From assembly GCA_051294375.1 (NCBI GenBank), contig JBJCIZ010001465.1, positions 1 to 9,011 of the forward strand: 9,011 nucleotides of DNA, in the 5' to 3' direction. The position numbers were made by a program, and so were the translations under genes. This DNA is from Paraspadella gotoi (taxonomy: Eukaryota > Animalia > Chaetognatha). Below, in pieces: positions 1-7,147 of this stretch; position 1 is the stretch's first letter, and each line of letters begins with the position of its first letter. The notes under the pieces were generated by a model that was given only the letters and a program-made list of their open reading frames with translations, did no database searches and was not told the origin of the DNA.

Positions 1-238
1 TCTCGGACCTTTCTGGTGTTCCGACAGTGCCGTGGCGTTGGCATCCGCCTGTTATCTGATCGCGATTGGCTTCGATATGTCGCGGCATTCGAAGCGTTGC
101 CGGTAATACCCGTCCGGCAGCGGCCCCTCGACGCGGCCAGGCCGGGGCAATTTCGGCTATGGTGCGGGAGCCGTGGGTCAGTGCAGCCGAGGGGAAAAGC
201 GGTGGGGCGTGATGTTAAAAAGAGGATGAGGCGAAAGC
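1..238 (+). CDS. Candidate 5' exon (GC-rich, signal-peptide-like), truncated by the window start
   Basis: Sharp GC-rich to AT-rich transition at ~240 with donor-like gtaact at 239. A hydrophobic run SRTFLVF (frame 1) / AVALASACYLIAIGF (frame 2) appears across a frame switch. No start codon is seen. Confidence 0.28.
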
Positions 239-473
239 GTAACTATGGATTTCAAATTGAAAAAATTTCAAATGCCAGAATTAATAACTTGTTATAATAT
301 CTCGGTTTGTTCGGTTTCAAATTGTTTAATTTTTAATTTTTGTTTACCTCCATTTAGTTGTACAATTGTTACAATGTGATATGTAGTGTCACCGTTAAAA
401 TACAAAATAAGATTTTCTCCACTCTAATCGCTAATAGTAATTAAAAATGGTAATCTGCCATTTTTTGTTTTAA

Positions 474-638
474 ATCGGTATTTCATTACTGCCGCTCAAT
501 TTATCTTACCCGTTCGGCTGTGTCACGTTCCGTAGCCAAAGAGCGAAGCGCAGACCTGAAGGAAAAAGTCTCTGCGAACGGCAGAGCGCCATCTCGGACG
601 CAAGCGAAGCCTTCATCTTCGATTTTCTTTCTGTTTAA
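474..638 (+). CDS. Candidate Cys-containing LRR N-terminal cap (LRRNT-like) exon
   Basis: A GC-richer island in AT-rich flanks with an open frame reading ...PLNLSYPFGCVTFRSQRAKRRPEGKSLCERQSAISDASEAF. This loosely resembles CPxxxxxPCxC...C caps. Splice sites were not identified. Confidence 0.28.
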   Translation: MGISLLPLNLSYPFGCVTFRSQRAKRRPEGKSLCERQSAISDASEAFIFDFLSV

Positions 639-718
639 AGGTTTCTAGTGCGAAATGTTTTGTCAGATCAAAGAAACAAAGGAACAGGACGACCGAAACC
701 GGATATAAAAATACAAAG

Positions 719-781
719 GATAACTTGTCAGGTTTCGACTCGGAATTGTTTGCTGACAATCCCCGGGATTCTTCGTTCCAG
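719..781 (+). CDS. Candidate first-LRR exon
   Basis: One frame gives DNLSGFDSELFADNP (719-763). A possible acceptor is tgtcAG at 730-731, and donor-like GTGAGA at 781-786 is followed by a GA tract. GTT CCA G joined to GT CGC GCT TTT (2988) would read VPGRAF, if one G was dropped at the donor. Confidence 0.45.
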
Positions 782-2807
782 TGAGACTTGGAACTCGTAT
801 TACTATCTTCGATAGAGATGAGGGTAGAGCAGCAGAGAGAGAGAGGAGAGGAGAGAAGAGAGAAGAAGGAGGAGAGAAGAGAGAGAGGAGGATGGAGAGA
901 GAAGAGAAGAGAGAGAGAGAAAAGAGAAGAGAGAGTAGATCGGGATGCAATCGTTGTCGGGACGATTTGAGTACTTGAAAAGGAAGCAATTTTAAAGCCA
1001 TGGCAGAAAATTTAATATTAATAAACAAGCACAACTCCTATTCACCATTCATCAGCAAAATTCTCATTTTATCAATTCTATTTAAATATAGAATTAATTT
1101 CCCTTCGTTTCCTCAATTTCTTTTTCTTTTATTTTATTATTCCCTCATTTTCTTTATCTTGTAACTCTTATATTTTTTTCAATTAACGATTCTTTATTTT
1201 TTTACAATAGAGGGGGGGGAAGTATTGTTATTGTCGACTTATTGTTTAATTATAAACACGTGTCAGTTGGGAGTTTCCTCTTTATGGATCCGTCTTTATT
1301 TTTTTTTTAATCATTCTTATGTACTTACTTACGTTAGGACCCAAGGTGGATCTCCGTAACAAATCTTAAAGCTAGTAGTTCTTTTCGTCTTTAACTATCC
1401 TTTGTTTTCATTTCTTTATATCTCAATTTTCTCCCCCTCTCCGTTGCTCTTCTTTTGGTAGTTTCTTTCCAGTATCTTCACCTCGCCCTCGTGACAATCT
1501 TTGACGTTTATCCGTGAATTTTATTCATTTGTTTTGATCCTGCGTAAGATCAGAGGGATTCAGGAGCGTAGGAGAGGAAAAGAGGGAAAAGGAGAAAAGA
1601 AAATGGAAGGAAGGATAGGGAAAGGTAATGAAAAAAAAAGAAACAAGAAAATTGTAGGAAATGAGGAAATCGGTGAGAATTTACAAACAAAAAGTGTTGA
1701 TTAAAATATTAAACATAGAAAGTCGCTTAGGAAGAAAGTGGAGAAATAAAGGATGCGGGAATCGTACTTGTGTTCTTCGCGCGGTATGGGGACAGGATGG
1801 TGAATCGTCTTTGAGGCGTGAGACAGTCGGGGATTTGTTGTCACCCAGGAGATTCAATTTAGGCCCAAGAGTGAACGTATTTTAAATATCTCACTTGAGA
1901 AGTTCACCCGTAAATTAAAGAAAGTGTAAGAGAAGAGAAAGAAGAGGAAAAATGAGAAGAAGAGAGGGGAAAAAAATTGGGGTCGTGAAACTCCTGATTT
2001 AATTAATGACGAGGAAAAAGTAAATTTATTGCTCTCAAAGCCGTGAAGCAGATTTTTATATATATAGGAGAATGATGATGAATGCGAAAAGAATATGAAA
2101 TGGTCACGAGAAACGATTTTTATGTCAGAAATGGTCACGGAAATGATTGGTTAGACGGTAAAGCAAACTCGAGAATTAATAAATGAGGGAAGAAGGAAAA
2201 TGGGAATCTAACGAAATAACCATTTGAAAGACATATTAAAAACGAGGAAAAGATGGGAGAGGAAGGAGCAGAGAGAGAGAGGAGAGGAGACAGAGAGGGA
2301 GAGAGAAGAGAAGAGAGAAAGGAGGGAGAGGAGAGAGAGATAGAGAGAGCGAGAGAGAGAGAGAGAGAGGATGGATCGATGAGGATAGAGAGAGATCGGA
2401 GAGAGAGATGAGGAGAGAGGAGAGACCCGTGGTATATGGATGAGAGATGAGAGGAAGAGTTAAACCGTAAATTGCTTTGACTTAAAAATACGAAAAGGAA
2501 AAATAAATCTATTGAAAATGGCATAAGGTGAATATAGTAACGACAAAGGGGAAATAAGGTCTCGAATAACATTACCAAGAAACGCAAAGATAAGAATGGA
2601 ATTATACCTCTTTTTCTCAAAGAAAGAGAAAAAGAATTCAAAGAACGGTGGAAAAAAGAATAAACTCAAGAAAAATGGAACTCTATGAAACTTGTTTTTA
2701 TTAACCAATTTTTGGAGTAAAAGCAATTAAACGCCTGACGACAAACGTGGGCTTCACAAAAGATGGGGCGAACAAGAAGTGAGAGAGGAGATTAGAAAAG
2801 AGATAGT

Positions 2808-2873
<66 letters not shown>

Positions 2874-5800
2874 GCAGAGAGAGAGAGAGAGATATGAGAG
2901 AGGAGGAGAGCAGATAGAGAGAGATGAGGAGAGAGAGAGATGAGGGGAGAACCAGAAAAAATCCCCTATCTTCTGCCTTTTTCACAGGTCGCGCTTTTCA
3001 GGCAATTCACTGTAAAAACACTTGGGCTTCACTTACAACGACATCCAAAGTTTGGACGCCACGCTTTTTGGGGGTCGGGTTCTTTTTGGACCACCCTTCT
3101 ACCTTCCACTCCCAAAGCACTTGCAAGGCTCGCGACGACGCCTTCTTAATAGGTGAGAGACCCACGTCTCTGGGATCGTATCTTGGTTTTGATCGTATTG
3201 ATTAGATGATTGAATATCAACCATTTTAGATCCTCCTTCAGTAATTTTTTTGGTGTCATAAAAAATTTTTTTAAACAATATTCACGATTTTAACTGTGTT
3301 TGCAAAATATCTATAAAGGTTTTCAAAAAAAAAATAATGAGAAAAGGAAAAGCGTGATAAAGAAAGTTGAAGAACGAAGATGCGAAGGAGAAGAGATAAA
3401 TGTGTCGAATTTTTCCAATGTATCGTTGAAAACGGAGGAAGTCTTTACTAGTTTTAATTATTAAGAAAATCGTTTCGATGTCATCTGGGTTATATTTAGT
3501 TATATAAACTTCAAAAAAATTATCGTCGGTATCAAATGAAATTAGAGCTCGCTCGAGTTTTTAGTGGGAAAAGTTTATCTTTCAAGTTTATTTTTTTTTC
3601 ATAAAAGCCCAACGTGATAGTCTATAGTTAGGTTTTTGTTTGGAATCTTTATTAATTATTATTTTCTCTACTCAATAAAGCTAATATCGACTCCGGCGCC
3701 CTTCGAAAGAACTTCCACTCAAAAAACTCAAAAATGTCTCTTTTCTCTCTTCTCTTCTTCTCCAAAAGTCGAGGATAGCGGCCGAATCCACGAACGCCGG
3801 GACGCCGGGGGCGTGGATAGAGGGGACTGGCGTTTGCCTCGTCGGATGAGCGGCGACCTCGCAGACCGCGCCCTTTTTGTCGAATTCCTTCACGCGCCAT
3901 CGCGTCTCAAGCGCAGAAATTCATTGTGTCGCCCAGTTTTCTTTTTTTTTTAGCGGAGAGAGCAGAGAGACTGATAATGAGAGAGAGAATAGACAGATGA
4001 GAGGAGGATGAGGGAGAGAGATATGAGAGCGCGCTTTACCCCCCAGCCCATACCTCATCCACCCCGCGTTTGATGAGCAGAAATCCGCCCTTTTTATTTT
4101 CCGAGGACGAATTACCGAATGCTGATTCTCCTTTTTTGTCAAATACAGTAGAGCCTATTTTTCTTACTTTTACAGTTATGTGCTTTATTTATACTCATAT
4201 TAGTTCACGGAAGGAATTTTCTTTTTGCAACACTATGATTTAATGATTTATTTTTTCAAAGCTTTTTCAATTTTCTAAAATTTAGAAAATTGCTTTATTA
4301 GAAAATAATACACAATTTTAACAATTTTTTCATGTACATGGAATGAAAAAGTTGAATAAATGATATGATTGATGAATGACTTAAATTAACTAGTGAACGA
4401 ATTTCTATTATGTTATTAAAAGAATCTCAACTCCGAATTTCATGGGTCTGCCCAATCGATGCAGAACCTTTTCTGCAACACAACGCAACTTCGGAACTAT
4501 CCGCGAAATTTGCCTTCAGAAATCTCTTTCGAACTGCGCACCTTTGATCTGGCTTACAACTCACCTCTTGAAGCCTGGACGGTAAGACGTGTTTCGGGAC
4601 CTCACGTCTTTTGAGGTGGATTGAGGACAGAGCAGATGAGAGAATTGGAGAGATGATCGAGAGATTGAGAGACGAGATGAGAACAGAGAGATGATGATGA
4701 GTATGAAACGTGAGAGAGATAGAGATCGTCGTTAAAGAGAGAGGATGGAAGAGAGAGGTGAGAGAGAGAAGATTCGATTAAAGAAAAGGAGGAAAGGAAA
4801 AAAAGCAATGGGAAAGATAGTTAACTCGGGATTTCTCTAAATGATGCGACTAATGGACCGAGCCCGATAATTGTAGCAGAGTGGGAGATTCAATTCGGAG
4901 TTTTTCTCGTTACTTCTTCAGTCCTCCGTGTTTTCTGAGATGTTTTCGTTTTCTTTTTTAAATTTTAGTAATATATCTTTGTCTTTCCTTTTTAAATTTT
5001 TTTTCCTTTCCGCATATTTTCTATCTTCGGGTTGTGGTTTTATGTCCCTCTTTTCTTTTTCTTATGTTTTTCCCGCCTTTTTTTTACTCACGTTTCTTCG
5101 TTTGCCAATTATATTCCTTGGTCCTTTTGATTTTTTCTTCTCTTTCATGATTTTCCTCTCTCACCTTTACTTTTTTAATTCATTATTCTTTCACTCTCTT
5201 CTCACCTTTTGATCTCCGAAGTTTTTCTCTTTTTCTGCTCTCATAATTGTGAGAGAATAAAGCTGTTTTATCTTTGTATGATATTCAGCCTACGGGAATG
5301 TTTTATTTTGGGTTCAACAAATTGTCAGCATACCAGCTCCAGCTCTTTTTGATGACAAATAGTTTTAGAATCTCCTCCGATTTCGTATCCTAGTTAACTC
5401 AGAAAAAACATTTTCAACTAACACAAATCAAATAAATAAAAGCTTGCGTCGTTAAGTTTCTTTCTCACTTTCTTTAAAGCTAAATTTGTTCAACACCCTT
5501 TTCCGCATCTAGGACATCCTCAAATCCACAAACACACCGCCTTGTCGCGACATCCCAATAGATTCTTCGCTTATCTCCCTCTCTTGGATGTGTAATGTCT
5601 GAACTTGATGCCATCACGCAATCCATGGCATCCCGGACGAAGCGTTCTTTGCCAACTGAGAAACCTTGAGATCCTTGTTCCTCTCTTCGACAACAGAAAT
5701 CACAAGATCTTACCCCTCGGACCTTCAACGGTGAGTAATGGAAAGACGGGGAAAATGTGTTTTTATTAATTCATTTGCCTGCTTTTATCACTACTCTTTA

Positions 5801-6291
5801 TGATACATTAGTACAGAGATCTGATTTTTTTTTGATAATCAAATAAACTACTATTTTAGCTTATAAAATGACGATCACTGGTTATTAATTTGATCGGTTG
5901 AGAAACTCGGGGGTTCTCACCTTTTCGTGCTCAATTATGTCGAATTTCGAATTTAGGCCAGAAAAATAAAAAAGTAGCCATAGTTCAATCTGAAAAATAT
6001 CCGATGGAACACAACTTATAAAGTTGAATTAATTTTAAATTTTAATTTTTCCTCCCAAACAACCGCTGGTCTGCATCCTGCAACAGCGAAGCCGAGGATG
6101 CCATAAATTAGAAAACAAAGTTAGTAGAAAATAAAAAATGGTGCTGAATTAAAAATGGAAAAAAAAAAGTTTCAATCCGCGATCTTGGATAAAAAAGTGG
6201 TCTCTTTTCCTTTTTCTTCTCTTTTTTAGACGCGTCTCTGCCGATGAAACAATGATCTAGTGATTTTTCCGGAAGCTTTTTTTACGTTGAC
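719..6291 (+). CDS. Multi-exon gene for an extracellular-type leucine-rich repeat protein (typical LRR class; chaoptin/IGFALS/Slit/Toll-ectodomain-like). Frames are broken by many 1-nt indels and both gene ends are undefined
   Basis: Six or more colinear plus-strand segments encode LRR fragments once frame switches are allowed, e.g. GRAFQAI/TVKTLGL/TYNDIQSLD, ANIDSGA/FE/ELP, FMGLPN/FLQHNA/KFAFRNLF/ELRTFDLAYN, SLRE/GFN/IVSIPAPALFD, AIHGIPDEAF/QLRNLEIL/LFDNR/DLTPRTFN and NNDLVIFPEAFFTL. Several are bounded by pyrimidine-tract+AG acceptors and GTRAG donors. The family call comes from the LRR consensus only; no orthologue is recognised. Confidence 0.85.
811..938 (+). repeat. Imperfect (GA)n / homopurine microsatellite
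   Basis: Near-continuous GAGA/GGAGA/GAAGA sequence starting ~30 nt after the donor-like site at 781. Confidence 0.9.
1550..1760 (+). repeat. A/G-rich low-complexity tract
   Basis: GGAAAA/GAAGG-rich purine run following the donor-like gtaaga at 1544. Confidence 0.65.
2245..2460 (+). repeat. Imperfect (GA)n microsatellite
   Basis: ~210 nt of GA-dominated sequence with scattered single-base interruptions. Confidence 0.9.
2780..2950 (+). repeat. (GA)n microsatellite with a perfect core
   Basis: Uninterrupted AG repeat at ~2815-2856 with imperfect flanks. It ends ~40 nt upstream of the acceptor at 2987. Confidence 0.95.
2988..3152 (+). CDS. LRR gene exon (~2 LRR units)
   Basis: Acceptor ttctgcctttttcacAG ends at 2987 and donor AG|GTGAGA is at 3153-3158. 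Stitched translation: (G)RAFQAI/TVKTLGL/TYNDIQSLD/HAFWGxGS/FLDH.../RDDAFLI(G). Parts appear in the supplied ORFs 2924..3205 and 2940..3149, in different frames. Confidence 0.85.
3632..3773 (+). CDS. LRR gene exon (~2 LRR units); 3' boundary approximate
   Basis: ttAG ends at 3631 and is followed by GT, which completes the Gly codon begun at 3152. Fragments: LESL (3640-3651), LNKANIDSGA (3671-3700), then FE/ELP and KLK. No clean donor; gaggatagcg at 3771-3780 may be a corrupted GAG|gtaag. Confidence 0.62.
3955..4030 (+). repeat. Degenerate (GA)n tract
   Basis: ggagagagcagagaga...gagggagagagatatgagag. Confidence 0.75.
4423..4581 (+). CDS. LRR gene exon (~2 LRR units)
   Basis: AG at 4421-4422 and donor G|GTAAGA at 4582-4587. 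Stitched translation NLNSE/FMGLPN/FLQHNA/KFAFRNLF/ELRTFDLAYN/SLD(G) matches the FxxLxxLxxLxLxxN register twice. Confidence 0.87.
4620..4810 (+). repeat. Degenerate GA/GAT-rich purine tract
   Basis: GAGA/GATGA-rich run starting ~40 nt after the donor at 4582. Confidence 0.75.
4900..5243 (+). repeat. Long T/C-rich low-complexity tract (extended polypyrimidine region)
   Basis: ~340 nt dominated by T runs and CT, directly upstream of the candidate exon at ~5254. Confidence 0.8.
5254..5385 (+). CDS. LRR gene exon (~1.5 LRR units); both boundaries approximate
   Basis: Follows a long pyrimidine tract (4900-5243). Fragments: SLRE (5287-5298), YFGFN (5304-5318), IVSIPAPALFD (5321-5353), then LES-like ttagaatct. 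Splice sites are not cleanly readable. Confidence 0.68.
5513..5730 (+). CDS. LRR gene exon (~2.5-3 LRR units)
   Basis: Acceptor cccttttccgcatctAG at 5511-5512 and a consensus donor G|GTGAGT at 5731-5736. Stitched translation: DI.../PNRFFAYLPLLDV/LNL/AIHGIPDEAF/QLRNLEIL/LFDNR/DLTPRTFN(G). The last unit is a near-textbook typical-class LRR. Confidence 0.9.
6230..6291 (+). CDS. Short LRR gene exon (<1 LRR unit)
   Basis: Strong acceptor tctcttttcctttttcttctcttttttAG ends at 6229. A single frame gives NNDLVIFPEAFFTL (6248-6289). Donor-like gtggag at 6292 (GTGAG with one extra G) is followed by purine-rich intron-like sequence. Confidence 0.6.
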
Positions 6292-6429
6292 GTGGAGAAG
6301 TGGAATAGATGAAGGAAAAAGAGAGAGAGCATAGAGTAGATAGCGCAGTAGCAGAGATGCAGGTGTTGCTCTCAAATAGTTATGTTATCACATAATAGAT
6401 TATACATGAATAGAGACGGATGGTGCAGT

Positions 6430-7147
6430 ATGATGGAATAACGATGTAGGATAGATTATGAAAGCATAATGACATGAGAAGGAAGAAATATTGATAGAAT
6501 GCTATGAAGAGTCAGCATTATGAAAGCATGATGAAGGGATAGATATGATAGAGAATTGATAATGAAGTTGGAAGATAATGAAGAGATGAATGCAGGAAGG
6601 ATATTCGATTTAGAAATGACTTGGTGATGTATATACGTAAGCGAATGATGGAGAAGATATGAAAGAATGATTGAATGGAACGATATGAAAGATATGATGT
6701 AGGAAGATATGAAAGGAATGATTGAGGAAGATATAAGCAATAAAATAGGAGTAGATTATGAAGAGATGTATGAAGCGGCAGATATGAAAGAATGAAGTCG
6801 GAGGAAGTAATATTGAAAAAGAATGATGATAGGATGATATGAAGAAGATGAAGGAAGATATTAAGAATGATGGAATGGAGATATGACAAAGGAATGATGA
6901 GGAAGATATTGAAGAATGATGGAGGAAGATATGACAGAATGTGAGTAAGATATGAGAGAATGATGAAGGAAGATATGATAGAATGATGGAGGAAGATATG
7001 AAATGAATGATGGAGGAAGATATGAAGAATGATGGAGAAGATATTGAAAGAATGATGGAGGAGGCGATATAAGAATGATAGAGGAAGATATGAAATAATG
7101 ATGGAGGGGGAGATCATGAAAGTAATGCTTAGAGGATCGTATGAAGG
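6430..7147 (+). repeat. Degenerate ~23-bp minisatellite, consensus GAATGATGGAGGAAGATATGAAA, roughly 30 copies
   Basis: Readable head-to-tail units start at 6914, 6937, 6958, 6981, 7005, 7027, 7050 and 7073 (21-24 bp each). More degenerate copies extend left to ~6430. There are no unique spacers. Confidence 0.92.

Noticed and set aside
2719-2778. Exon candidate AIKRLTTNVGF before gtgaga at 2779
   Set aside because: The GTGAGA is simply the start of the GA tract, and the peptide does not join the next exon in LRR register.
663-2985. SL-, ER- and F-rich ORFs over the GA tracts on both strands
   Set aside because: Microsatellite translations that lack stops because of composition.
1848-4895. 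Shared 12-mer GGAGATTCAATT at 1848-1859 and 4884-4895
   Set aside because: A single 12-nt match is unremarkable in 9 kb of biased sequence, and the flanks do not align.
4602-5212. Hydrophobic membrane-protein-like ORFs 4602..4808 (-) and 4928..5212 (+)
   Set aside because: The F/L/S richness comes directly from the purine and pyrimidine low-complexity tracts.
5480-5728. Minus-strand 82-aa ORF
   Set aside because: Antisense shadow of the well-supported plus-strand LRR exon 5513-5730.
6052-6084. Possible LRRCT motif (NNPLVCSC-like)
   Set aside because: It needs at least two edits, has no acceptor, and is followed by a further LRR exon at 6230. Too weak to call.
6430-7147. CRISPR array
   Set aside because: The units are head-to-tail with no unique spacers, they are degenerate and non-palindromic, and no cas-like genes are present. 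The context is eukaryotic.
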